IMG/VR virus record: IMGVR_UViG_3300050154_000078
Coordinates: 1 to 29,247 of that record
Reading direction: 5' to 3' (one strand)
Source: a virus
Taxonomy: Duplodnaviria > Caudoviricetes
DNA: 29,247 nucleotides
In this document: positions 15,897 to 24,112 of the stretch, one piece after another
Position numbering within the stretch: position 1 is the stretch's first letter
Layout: each line of letters starts with the position of its first letter
Notes under the pieces: model-generated
The model's input: the letters and a program-made list of their open reading frames with translations, nothing else
The model's database searches: none
Told to the model about the DNA's origin: nothing
Translations under genes and position numbers: made by a program

Positions 15897-16244
15897 TCAG
15901 ATGTCGAACAGCTGGGCCGTCAGGCCGCTGGCACCTGACAGCGTGACTGTGCCCTTGCAGTAGGCGCTGATGGTGCCCAGGATCACGGCGCGCGACAGGC
16001 CGACGCCGACGGTGATCGCCTTGCCGGCCGACACGTCGACGGAGCCCAGGCCCGGCACGTTGACGGTCGTGCCGCCGTCGCCGTCGATGGTGACAGTCAG
16101 GCTGCCGGCCGTGGTGTTGCGCAGCACCAGCAGCTGCTTCTTCGCGGCCTTAAAGGTGATGGTGTCGCTGGCGCTCAGCGTGGTAATGGCGGCGGCGAAA
16201 TCGCCGACCGGGCTGGATGCGTCAATGGAAGAGATGGCGGCCAT
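15897..16244 (-). CDS. Small beta-rich virion structural protein (115 aa), possible tail decoration
   Basis: GAGGAG RBS; Thr/Gly/Val-rich; follows the tail tube gene. Confidence 0.75.
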   Translation of the reverse strand: MAAISSIDASSPVGDFAAAITTLSASDTITFKAAKKQLLVLRNTTAGSLTVTIDGDGGTTVNVPGLGSVDVSAGKAITVGVGLSRAVILGTISAYCKGTVTLSGASGLTAQLFDI

Positions 16245-16272
16245 GGTGTGGGCTCCTCAGTGGGTGAATGGA

Positions 16273-16737
16273 TCAGGTAGCCGTGTAGACGACATCGCCG
16301 TTCGACTCGGCGCTCATCGACCAAGTGGCGGCGTCGCTGTACGGGCGGCTGTCTTCCCACTTTGGCACGATGTAAGGGCCTTCCCAGATCGAGCCGTCGG
16401 CATCGGTGACGCGCAGCCAGAACTTCGGCTGGTAGGCGGTGCCAGCACCGGGGCTGATGGCCTGCGCGCGGAATTCCTTCTGGTTGTAGGCCGCCTCGGC
16501 GTAGCTCACGCCGTCGCCCTCGAACGATACGGCCTTGAAAGTGACCAGCTTCGTCTTCGTGAAGGCCGGGCTCTGGTCGGCCGTGGTGTCGGCCGTGTCC
16601 CAGTTGGTGCTGATCTTCTTGCCGCGCATCATGCCGAGGCGCTTGTAGTTCAGCGATGCGGGGGTCGCGGTTTCATCGGCAATGGCGAACTCGACGAGAA
16701 CGTCGCGGCCGACAAAGGCGCCTGCGGAAATAGCCAT
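16273..16737 (-). CDS. Major tail (tube) protein, TP901-1-like
   Basis: GRDVLV...LGMMRGK...WDTADTTAD...LVTFK pattern; AGGAG RBS; follows the tail terminator. Confidence 0.85.
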   Translation of the reverse strand: MAISAGAFVGRDVLVEFAIADETATPASLNYKRLGMMRGKKISTNWDTADTTADQSPAFTKTKLVTFKAVSFEGDGVSYAEAAYNQKEFRAQAISPGAGTAYQPKFWLRVTDADGSIWEGPYIVPKWEDSRPYSDAATWSMSAESNGDVVYTAT

Positions 16738-16755
16738 GGTGTGGGCTCCTAGGGG

Positions 16756-17103
16756 TTAGACAGTGATCGCGGAAAGCGCAATCTCGAACACGGGCCGCCC
16801 GTCGGCGGTGGGGATGTAGACCGGCTCGCCGGCCTGCAGGTACACAAGAGCGCCGGCAGTGGCGCGGGTGGTCTCGACAACCAAGTCGGCTGACTCGGCT
16901 GCCGACTGGCGGTCGTCAGGGCCGCCGCCGATCAGCGACAGCGTGAACTGCGGCCGGCGCACCAGCTCAGCGCCAGCGCCGCCAGCAGGCCGCAGCACGG
17001 CGCTTCGGCTGCCGACGCCCGGGTCAGTCCAGTGACCGAACTGCAGCGGCCAGCCGGGCAGCACGGGCGCCAGCAGCGCGCGGATGGACTCGGCGGCGGT
17101 CAT
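16756..17103 (-). CDS. Probable tail terminator
   Basis: Between neck gene and tail tube; C-terminal TADGRPVFEI typical of terminators. Confidence 0.7.
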   Translation of the reverse strand: MTAAESIRALLAPVLPGWPLQFGHWTDPGVGSRSAVLRPAGGAGAELVRRPQFTLSLIGGGPDDRQSAAESADLVVETTRATAGALVYLQAGEPVYIPTADGRPVFEIALSAITV

Positions 17104-17450
17104 GTCTTGATGGCCCCACTGATCACGGCCCTGATGTTCGGCTCGGCACGTTCGAAGCCATTCTTCAGGAACTCCTTCTCAGCCGTGGCGCGGCGGAAGC
17201 GCTGCTTGTTCTCTGGGTCGTGCACGGCCAGCGCATATTCGGCGGTGTAGCCCACGCGGCCCACAATGCGGCCGTCCGTCTTCTCGACTACGCGGTACTG
17301 GCTGTTGATCAGCGTGCTGGTGTCGATGGGCGTCATCACGCTGGCCTCGCTGGCACCCAACACCAGGGCCTGCGTCATGCCACGGGCTGCACGTTGCTCG
17401 ACGGCAGCGACAAACTCAGGCAGGCGGTCGGTGACGCGAGCGCCGGCCAT
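17100..17450 (-). CDS. HK97 gp10-like neck/tail-completion protein
   Basis: TPIDTSTLINSQ...VGYTAEYALAVH...KEFL motif. Confidence 0.85.
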   Translation of the reverse strand: MAGARVTDRLPEFVAAVEQRAARGMTQALVLGASEASVMTPIDTSTLINSQYRVVEKTDGRIVGRVGYTAEYALAVHDPENKQRFRRATAEKEFLKNGFERAEPNIRAVISGAIKT

Positions 17451-17794
17451 TACACGGTCCCAATCGTGTAGTCGTCGGCCTTGCGGTCGAAGGTGTCGGC
17501 GTCGCGCTTGACGGCCCGCACCTCGCGCGCACCGGCTGCGATGGGATCGGCTTCGGTCGACGCGCCGATCAAGATACGGTCGCCGGGCTTGATGTCCGCG
17601 CGCTCGGTGTAGATGACCTCGCGCGTCGTGAACTCATCGCCGAGGCTGTCGCGCATCAGGCGCGCGTCGCTGGCGTAGTCGCAGGCCATCTGCACCGGAT
17701 CGGCAAAGATCAGGCCGCCCGCCCACCCGTCGCGCTGCAAGAGCGCCCACAGAGTGGCGGTGGCGGTAAAGGACCATGCGGCGACGGCTGACAT
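17450..17794 (-). CDS. Probable head closure (head-tail joining) protein
   Basis: MS.VA.WS.TA.AT.W start and KPGDRILIG; upstream of the neck gene. Confidence 0.7.
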   Translation of the reverse strand: MSAVAAWSFTATATLWALLQRDGWAGGLIFADPVQMACDYASDARLMRDSLGDEFTTREVIYTERADIKPGDRILIGASTEADPIAAGAREVRAVKRDADTFDRKADDYTIGTV

Positions 17795-17802
17795 GCTGCG
17801 GC

Positions 17803-17817
17803 ATGCTAGGGAGCCGC
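17803..17817 (-). promoter_or_regulatory. Candidate late promoter motif, copy 3 (GCGGCTCCCTAGCAT), head of neck/tail-tube module
   Basis: Intergenic; 8 nt before ATG 17794; no Shine-Dalgarno. Confidence 0.65.
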
Positions 17818-17868
17818 TTCACGTAGCTGCTGGCGAGGCTGCGCCCCACCGGCTAGGGGCTGGGAAAG

Positions 17869-19098
17869 TCAGACGATGAACGTCGAACTGTCGGAGAACC
17901 GCAAACCGACTTCGCCGCCGGCCTGATACCAAGCATCCTTGATCGTCTTGCCGGCCACATTGGTGTGAACGTCGCTCACGGCCAGCGCGATCCCGCTGGG
18001 GTCTGTGTCAGGAAAGCAAGCGTATGGGGTGTCCCACGCATACGTCATCCACTTTTTGTACCCGAGAGCAGCCCCTGCCATCTGCAGCCGCGCCCACCAG
18101 CGATAGCGCCAGATTGGGGCCTGCGCGTTGATGATATTTAGCTCGTTTGTTCCTGCGTTGTAGTCAACGCCAGTTTCGGTGATGTAAATTTCCTTACCCT
18201 GCGCGCCGCATGTCTTGAGTATTGAGCGCAGCACAGCATCGCCTCCGAAAACTTCATACGCAGGGTTGGTCCATGACCCGAACAAACTTCCGGGCGGGGC
18301 CGTGGTGTATATGTGATAGCAAATCGCATCGCACAAACTTAGCCCCGTTACTCCGGTATTGAGCGTGCCGGTGCCCTGTAAAAAAAGCTGCATCCAGTTC
18401 AGAGCTGAGAATCCCGGCGAGTGAACCGGCAGCGTCGGGTCTACCGCCAGAACGGCGTTGCGCATCACGTAGCAGGTGTCTATAAATTGCCCGAGGGTGC
18501 CAACCCAAAAACCTTCTGATTGCCCGAATACCGGCTCATTCCACAGCTCGAAGAAATTGATTCCCTTGCCGACGACTGACCAATTTGTCCCGCCACCGTT
18601 TGCCTTGGCGGCCCACCCGCCGCCCGCTGTGTTGTACCGCGTGATAAGCGCGGTGATGAATGCCGCCAGTGCCGTCAGGCCGTTGGGACTCGTGCCATCC
18701 GGGTAACAAGATGGACCATTCGGTCCTCCCTTGTTGGGGTTGCCGGCTGACAAGTAGAAATCCGGCACGCCGAACATGCAAAACGTGACAGTGCGCCCAA
18801 CAAGTCGGTGCGCGTCGATTTGCGTGTCGAGGCTCGTCCAGTCGTAGACGCCCTGCGTTTTCTCGATCTTGTGCCACCAGGCATAGACCGAATCATGCGT
18901 GCGGTACGAACCGAATTGCAGATTCGTTGGGGCGGGCGACGGCGCAGTCGGGAAGGGCTGCCCGGCTGCAGCCCAGTGCACCGCATCGAAAAGCGGCCAC
19001 GCCCGAAAGTGCATGCCGACGTAATCCGTGGGCACGGCGACGGCGCCGTTCCTGACGATATACACCGGCCCCGAAGAGGCATTTCCACCGTAGCGCAT
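17869..19098 (-). CDS. Clan GH-A glycoside hydrolase (GH39/GH5/GH10-like TIM barrel), 409 aa
   Basis: W..IEK.QGVYDW..LD, FELWNEP (acid/base Glu), DAICYHIY, IYITETG (nucleophile Glu), YAWD; ATG 19098 overlaps the upstream stop; no signal peptide; visibly more AT-rich than flanks. Confidence 0.85.
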   Translation of the reverse strand: MRYGGNASSGPVYIVRNGAVAVPTDYVGMHFRAWPLFDAVHWAAAGQPFPTAPSPAPTNLQFGSYRTHDSVYAWWHKIEKTQGVYDWTSLDTQIDAHRLVGRTVTFCMFGVPDFYLSAGNPNKGGPNGPSCYPDGTSPNGLTALAAFITALITRYNTAGGGWAAKANGGGTNWSVVGKGINFFELWNEPVFGQSEGFWVGTLGQFIDTCYVMRNAVLAVDPTLPVHSPGFSALNWMQLFLQGTGTLNTGVTGLSLCDAICYHIYTTAPPGSLFGSWTNPAYEVFGGDAVLRSILKTCGAQGKEIYITETGVDYNAGTNELNIINAQAPIWRYRWWARLQMAGAALGYKKWMTYAWDTPYACFPDTDPSGIALAVSDVHTNVAGKTIKDAWYQAGGEVGLRFSDSSTFIV

Positions 19099-20483
19099 CA
19101 GGCCCCCGGCGACACCACGACATCGAAGCCCGCCAGAATCATGTAATCCGCTGCGGCACAAGCCGTTTGGAAATTGAAATTCTGGTTGGCCGACGTGTCG
19201 ATGGAGAAGAACGCCGCCGCGTTTCCGTAGGCGCCGTTGTCCGTTTGAAGGTTCGTGGCCGAGTTAAGGCCAACTTGGCGGTTCTGCGCCCCTGTGTTTC
19301 GCAGGGTCTTCTCGGTGCCGACCCAGAGCTGGTTTGCCACTGGGTTGGTGCCTAGCGCGACACCGCCCAACCACTCGGACGGGCCGTAGACATTGCCATT
19401 CGACGGCCGCATCCAGATGGCGCGGCGCGTCAGGATGCCGGTCGGCCCCATGCTCCCGCCAAGGATCGGCAGCGTCACGAGGTTGGTCGCGACGTATGCC
19501 TGCGAGGTGTACGCGCCAGGCCCTGTCGAGGCGAAAGCCGCAGGGCTGACGGGGATGTACGGAACGCCGCTGGACAGCGTGTTGTTGAACACCTGCCCCA
19601 CCGTCGTACTGCTCATCTGCACGAAATAGATGCCCGCTGCCGACCCGGTGAAGATGGCATTGGCCGGCAGCCACATCCAGCAGGCGGGGATCACCACTGG
19701 CAGAGCGGTGCCGAGTGTGATGGCGCCGTTGTTGCCCATCGTTCCAGATGGCGGCAGCATCACGGGCACCGCACTCTGGTACGCCACGAACGGCGTCGCC
19801 ACCGGCACACCGGTCAACGCGGCATTGACCACCATGTTGCCCGCGCCGTTGGTCAGCGGAACCTGGCCGGCCGACACGCTGACTGCAGCCGTGCCGCCGC
19901 TTAGTGTGGTGACGTTGGCGCGCAGGCCGACGTAGCCGAAGGCCAGCGGCAACTGCGCAGTGCCGGCCGCCGACAGATTGATCGTGGCAATCGTCGTCCA
20001 CGCTGACCCGCTGCCGGCCGCCGTGGCGGCGTCGTTGGTCGCCTGCACCTGGCAGGTAAGCCCGGTGACGCCAGCGCCTGCGGTTACCGCTACCGTCGCG
20101 ATTGCACCGATGCCAGTCAGTGGCGCAGACGCTTGCGGCGCGGCGGTCGTGGCGCTGCCGGCGAACAGGAAGGGCGTCGTGATGGGACTCGCGGGATTCC
20201 CAGCCCCGGACACCAGGGCGCGAACTGATGCCGCCTCGGTTGCGGTCAGCGCCCCGGTGGTATCGACCACGCCGTAATCGGCCCGCCCCGCGGTCACCAG
20301 CACTCGCACGACGGCCGGCGTGTTGTACGGCCCGAAGTCGCGGGTGCCCGTGACGGTGGTGGTCGTGGACGGCGCACCGGACAGGCCGGTGACCGATGCA
20401 GAGCCACCGGTGACGGTGACGCGCAGAACGTCCTGGGGCCGAAGCTCGACCTTGGCGCTCTCGTTGATGTCCAGGGATGCCAT
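19098..20483 (-). CDS. Thr/Ala/Gly-rich multidomain beta protein, probable head fibre/spike (461 aa)
   Basis: GAGAGG RBS; lies between adaptor and head closure genes; beta-strand-like domains joined by a short helix (LTATEAASVRALV). Function inferred from position and composition. Confidence 0.7.
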   Translation of the reverse strand: MASLDINESAKVELRPQDVLRVTVTGGSASVTGLSGAPSTTTTVTGTRDFGPYNTPAVVRVLVTAGRADYGVVDTTGALTATEAASVRALVSGAGNPASPITTPFLFAGSATTAAPQASAPLTGIGAIATVAVTAGAGVTGLTCQVQATNDAATAAGSGSAWTTIATINLSAAGTAQLPLAFGYVGLRANVTTLSGGTAAVSVSAGQVPLTNGAGNMVVNAALTGVPVATPFVAYQSAVPVMLPPSGTMGNNGAITLGTALPVVIPACWMWLPANAIFTGSAAGIYFVQMSSTTVGQVFNNTLSSGVPYIPVSPAAFASTGPGAYTSQAYVATNLVTLPILGGSMGPTGILTRRAIWMRPSNGNVYGPSEWLGGVALGTNPVANQLWVGTEKTLRNTGAQNRQVGLNSATNLQTDNGAYGNAAAFFSIDTSANQNFNFQTACAAADYMILAGFDVVVSPGA

Positions 20484-20502
20484 GGTGTCGAACCTCTCAA
20501 GC

Positions 20503-20519
20503 GCGCGGCCGTGCCGCGC
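20503..20519. other. GC-rich intergenic hairpin (GCGCGGC-cgt-GCCGCGC)
   Basis: Perfect 7-bp stem and 3-nt loop between the adaptor stop and the fibre-gene RBS; no U-tract. Confidence 0.45.
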
Positions 20520-20534
20520 ATGGTTGTCGGCGTG

Positions 20535-20900
20535 TCAGACCACCAGCAGCATCGTGCCGGCCGTGGGGTCTGGGCCTACCGCCGCGGCGCATGTGCCGGC
20601 GGTGTCGCGGGCAAAGAGCGCGCGGCGCAGCGCCGTCAGGGCCTTGGCGTCGTTGGTGAAACTGCGGGACGCGCCACTTGGCGCGCCCTGCGATGCGATG
20701 CGGCGCGGTGCGCCGGCGGCAGCCACCAGGGCCACCGCCATGCACTGCACCAGCACCTGGGTCGATGCGCTGTAGCCGGCGGCCACCATCGCTGGCTCGC
20801 AGGCTGTGATCTCGTCGCACGCGGCCGTGAGCACCAAGTCCGGGACGCTGATGCCCAGCGTCTGGTCAAGGTACTCAGCGGCCTGCGCGCTGGAGATCAC
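20535..20900 (-). CDS. Probable head-tail adaptor (121 aa)
   Basis: GTG 20900, 5 nt after the upstream stop; AAEYL..LGI.VP, RRIASQGAPSGASRSF and DTAGC-like motifs; two genes after the capsid. Confidence 0.75.
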   Translation of the reverse strand: MISSAQAAEYLDQTLGISVPDLVLTAACDEITACEPAMVAAGYSASTQVLVQCMAVALVAAAGAPRRIASQGAPSGASRSFTNDAKALTALRRALFARDTAGTCAAAVGPDPTAGTMLLVV

Positions 20901-20905
20901 CGGCG

Positions 20906-21262
20906 TCAGCCCTTGGCGGCCTTGGCCGGCTTGGTGGCCCGCAGGGCTTCCAGTTCGGCCAGCGCAGCCTGCAGCTGCTCGCCCTGCGTGAACAGCATCT
21001 GCTGCGCTTCGGCTGCGGCTTGTTCGGCCGCATCCTTCAGCGCCAGCGCAGCCTGCAGCTGCTCGTCGACGCTGGGCGCCGGCTCGGGCTCCACGGGTGC
21101 CGCAGGCGGCTCCCAGGTGGCCACGGGCTCGGCATCGTCGGGTGCCGGCTTGCACTTGCCGACAGCCCAGCCGGGCACCCAGCCGGTCGACAGGGCCACG
21201 CAGTCGCCGACGACGGTTCCCGCAGGCCACGGCGCCTTCAGCGCGGTGATGATGACCTTCAT
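20906..21262 (-). CDS. Capsid-adjacent hypothetical protein with C-terminal coiled coil (118 aa)
   Basis: ATG 21262, 5 nt after the capsid stop; MKVIITALKAPWPAG..WAVGKC, Pro/Glu linker, two EQLQAALA repeats. Confidence 0.75.
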   Translation of the reverse strand: MKVIITALKAPWPAGTVVGDCVALSTGWVPGWAVGKCKPAPDDAEPVATWEPPAAPVEPEPAPSVDEQLQAALALKDAAEQAAAEAQQMLFTQGEQLQAALAELEALRATKPAKAAKG

Positions 21263-21267
21263 CACGA

Positions 21268-22272
21268 TCAGCTGGCCGTGGTGTGAGCCACCGGCATTTG
21301 ACCGCTGAAGTCCGTGCGGAACTGCGGCGCGACGACGGCCATCACGTCGAAGGTGTAGTCGTCTTCCGGGTTCGCGCGGAACTTCGGGCGCGTGACCATC
21401 GGCATCGCGGACAGGATGCTGCCCCAGTTGCCGGTTTCCAGGCCCGCCACGCCGATGATGTTGTCGGCCGGGATGCGCGACGCCGGCACGATGTCGGCGA
21501 TCTGCTCGATCTCGCGCAGGCGTTGCAGGATCGTCTTCGGGTAGCCGGCGACGAACTCGTTCACGCTGGCATAGACCCAGTCGCTGTAGTTCAGGAAGAC
21601 CGTGATCTTGCCGTAGGCGTTGTCGCCGACGCACAGGTCGATGATCTGCTTGAACGCTGCCAGCCAGTTGGCACCGGTCGCGGTGTTGTTCAGGTCGAAG
21701 CCGTGCGTGCTGGTGTTGCGGTTCGGGTGGTTGCGCAGGCCGTAGATGGTCGCGCCACCGACGACGACGCTGGCGTCACCGTTGAGCACCAGGTCTTCCA
21801 TCTTCTCGGCCACGCGGCGCTGGTGGTTGGCCAGCGTCTCGGTGTCCAGCATGCCGCCCTTGCGCAACACTTCCATCTGACGCCAGCCGAAGCGGGCCGT
21901 GCTGTTGATGACCGGGACCGGCGTGCCGGCGTACTTGATCTGCGCCTGATCGTCGGCACCGACCCAGCGGCCGTCCATCGACACGTTGACCGTGCCGCTG
22001 TCGCTGATCTGCGGGAAGTAGCTCACCAGGTCGCCGACCTGCACCGGGGTGGTGTTGGCGGTAGCCAGGCGCGCAAAGACGCTCAGCACGTCGCGCTGGA
22101 TGGTGATGGCGCGGTCGTCGATGCGACGCCAGGCGTCCAGCGGCACCGGCGAGGCATTGCCCACGATGCCCATGTCGGCCGAGGCGTTGGCAGCCATGGC
22201 CGTCTGGCGCAGGTTGAAGCCGGCGCGGGCCGCATTGATGGCGGCTTGCTGTTCGGGAGTGAAGCGGATCAT
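21268..22272 (-). CDS. Major capsid protein (HK97 fold, encapsulin/linocin-like subgroup)
   Basis: 334 aa; GAGAGGA RBS; GTPVP...FGWRQ and LNGD...IYGLRNHPNR motifs; follows protease and decoration genes. Confidence 0.9.
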   Translation of the reverse strand: MIRFTPEQQAAINAARAGFNLRQTAMAANASADMGIVGNASPVPLDAWRRIDDRAITIQRDVLSVFARLATANTTPVQVGDLVSYFPQISDSGTVNVSMDGRWVGADDQAQIKYAGTPVPVINSTARFGWRQMEVLRKGGMLDTETLANHQRRVAEKMEDLVLNGDASVVVGGATIYGLRNHPNRNTSTHGFDLNNTATGANWLAAFKQIIDLCVGDNAYGKITVFLNYSDWVYASVNEFVAGYPKTILQRLREIEQIADIVPASRIPADNIIGVAGLETGNWGSILSAMPMVTRPKFRANPEDDYTFDVMAVVAPQFRTDFSGQMPVAHTTAS

Positions 22273-22298
22273 GTCGGGTGTCCTCTCAGGTCGGCCGA

Positions 22299-22748
22299 TC
22301 AGGGCTTGGCGTAGATGTTGGCGATCTCGACCTCGATGAGGTCGCCTGCGCTCTTCGCGCCGGCTTCGAGTGCGAAGGCGACGACGGCATTCGTCGATGC
22401 AGCGGCGGCGCAGCGGCCAGCGGCGGCGATGGTCAGCTCTTGCCCGTAGGTGTACGTGGCGGCAGCCACGGCCACCAGGTAACGCTGACCGGGCTCGACC
22501 TGGTACGCGATACCGGTGTCGCCAGAGGCATAGGCCACCTTCAGCGGGTCGGTCGCGTTCAGCTGGTCGGTGCTGTAGAAGTCGCGATTGCTCAGCAGGC
22601 GCAGCATCGGGCCAATGGCCGTGGCTTGAGCCAGCGAGGAAGCGCCCTCGGTCACCCAGGTGCCGGGCAGCAGCGCGGCGGCCAAGACCTTGGCGTTGAT
22701 GGTGTGGGGCTGGCGGTCGGTGGGGCCGCGGAAGATGTAGGCGGGCAT
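22299..22748 (-). CDS. Capsid decoration/cement protein
   Basis: 149 aa, Ala-rich; AAGGAG RBS; between scaffold and capsid genes. Confidence 0.75.
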   Translation of the reverse strand: MPAYIFRGPTDRQPHTINAKVLAAALLPGTWVTEGASSLAQATAIGPMLRLLSNRDFYSTDQLNATDPLKVAYASGDTGIAYQVEPGQRYLVAVAAATYTYGQELTIAAAGRCAAAASTNAVVAFALEAGAKSAGDLIEVEIANIYAKP

Positions 22749-22769
22749 GGGTCAGGCTCCTTCAGCTGA

Positions 22770-23156
22770 TCAGCGCTTGGCGTCCAGCGCGGCGTTCATG
22801 TCGTAGGCGGCGAACTCGTCGCCGGGCTTGGTGGTGCCGCCGCTGTTGCCGGTGATGACCGGCGCGGCGATGGCCGTGCCCTTCAGTTCGCGGCAGCGGG
22901 CCAAGCCCATGGCCTTGAAGTCCTCGGCCTTCAGGCTGCTGTTCACGGACAGCTCGGTGGCCAGCGTGTTCAGTTCGGCGTCAGCAGCGGCGCGGGCCGT
23001 CGCTTCGAACTCGGCGACCTTGCTGTTCGCGGCGGTCAGCTGGGCCTGCACGGGTTGCAGGGTCAGTGCGTTGTAGTCCTTCATCAGCTGCTCGTCGGTC
23101 TTGCCGTCGATGGCGATGCCGGCAGCACGCAGCGCGTTGGTGATCAGTTCTTTCAT
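22770..23156 (-). CDS. Probable nested in-frame scaffold protein (128 aa)
   Basis: Internal GAGGA-CCTC-ATG (MKELITNAL...) at the start of the helical C-terminal region. Confidence 0.55.
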   Translation of the reverse strand: MKELITNALRAAGIAIDGKTDEQLMKDYNALTLQPVQAQLTAANSKVAEFEATARAAADAELNTLATELSVNSSLKAEDFKAMGLARCRELKGTAIAAPVITGNSGGTTKPGDEFAAYDMNAALDAKR

Positions 23157-24065
23157 GAGGTCCTCGCGGTTGGTGATCGGCTCGTATGTGACCTTTCTGG
23201 TCACCTCGACAGCAGACCCGGCAAATGCTACGGAGCCGGTCGAACTGACCGCATAGTCCTGGCGGTACAGCTTCCCGGTGCTGTCGCTCCATACGGCATA
23301 GCGGTCGAAGACTTCGCGCACCCAGGCACCCTCGGGGAGCGCCTCGTGCAGCGCGCTGATGATCTGGTCGAAGCTCAGCTCGGTGCCGTTGCCGATCAGG
23401 CGCATGACCCAGGCTTTCAGGCCGCTGGTGCGCCGGTCCTCGGGCTGGTCGCTCACCCGCACATGCTCGATGGGCGTCTCGCTGCCGTCGCTGTTCAGGA
23501 ACAGGCCGACGCCGTCCTCGGGCGTGCCGGCGCCGCGCTCGTTCAGCAGGATGGCCAGATGGTCGTATCGGATGTTTGAAGCGACCGCGGTGTACTTCTT
23601 GCCGCGGCTCTCGCCGTTGGCGGTGATCGCGTCCAGCCACACGCCGGTGCTGACGTGGATCGGGTCGCTGTTCGTGCCGTCGATGGCAGCGTCCAGGCGC
23701 TCGATCAGCTTCACGCCGTCGGGGTGTGCCTTGGCCTGGGCCTCGTTGACGACGACGTCGACCAGCGTCTTGCCGCCGGCGTGGCGCGCGTTCTTGCACA
23801 CCGCGCCGATATAGCTGGCCAGCAGGGCGTCGCCGTTCAGGGCGCTGATCGCGCGGCCGCTGGCGTCGCGCGGGTGGCCGGCCGGTGCGGGCTTGCCTTC
23901 CAGCGTCGGTGCACCGGCCGCCAGTTGCTCGGCCGGGTACAGCAGGCCATTCATGACGATCTCGTCGACGGCGCCGCAGACATCGCGCACGGTGTACGTG
24001 CCGCCAGTCTTGCTGACGTTGGCCGCATTGACTGCGGAGAGGATGTGGACTCGCTTGGTGGCCAT
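22770..24065 (-). CDS. Prohead protease/scaffold (DUF2213-like)
   Basis: VMNGLLYP, PAPAGHP, IHVSTG and YDHLAILLNERGAGTPEDGVG motifs; helical C-terminal scaffold region. Confidence 0.85.
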   Translation of the reverse strand: MATKRVHILSAVNAANVSKTGGTYTVRDVCGAVDEIVMNGLLYPAEQLAAGAPTLEGKPAPAGHPRDASGRAISALNGDALLASYIGAVCKNARHAGGKTLVDVVVNEAQAKAHPDGVKLIERLDAAIDGTNSDPIHVSTGVWLDAITANGESRGKKYTAVASNIRYDHLAILLNERGAGTPEDGVGLFLNSDGSETPIEHVRVSDQPEDRRTSGLKAWVMRLIGNGTELSFDQIISALHEALPEGAWVREVFDRYAVWSDSTGKLYRQDYAVSSTGSVAFAGSAVEVTRKVTYEPITNREDLMKELITNALRAAGIAIDGKTDEQLMKDYNALTLQPVQAQLTAANSKVAEFEATARAAADAELNTLATELSVNSSLKAEDFKAMGLARCRELKGTAIAAPVITGNSGGTTKPGDEFAAYDMNAALDAKR

Positions 24066-24095
24066 CGGCTGCCCTGAGTGGGTGGATGGCGGCGA

Positions 24096-24108
24096 ATGCT
24101 AGGGACGG
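24096..24108 (-). promoter_or_regulatory. Candidate late promoter motif, copy 4 (CCGTCCCTAGCAT), head of protease/capsid module
   Basis: Intergenic; identical to 26458-26470; 30 nt before ATG 24065. Confidence 0.65.
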
Positions 24109-24112
24109 GTGA

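Noticed and set aside
15303-16737. Programmed frameshift in the tail chaperone, or tube-to-neighbour fusion
   Set aside because: A single ORF fills the space up to the tape measure; I saw no slippery heptamer, and the downstream 115-aa gene has its own strong RBS.
11950-17858. Extra CCTAG occurrences (11950, 16748, 17853) as further copies of the late box
   Set aside because: They lack the CAT completing TAGCAT; one is in coding sequence and one is part of an RBS.
20524-20531. GCCGACAA on the minus strand as a sigma28 -10 for the phage FliA
   Set aside because: One mismatch to GCCGATAA and no TAAA-type -35 at the expected spacing; such 8-mers are common in high-GC DNA.
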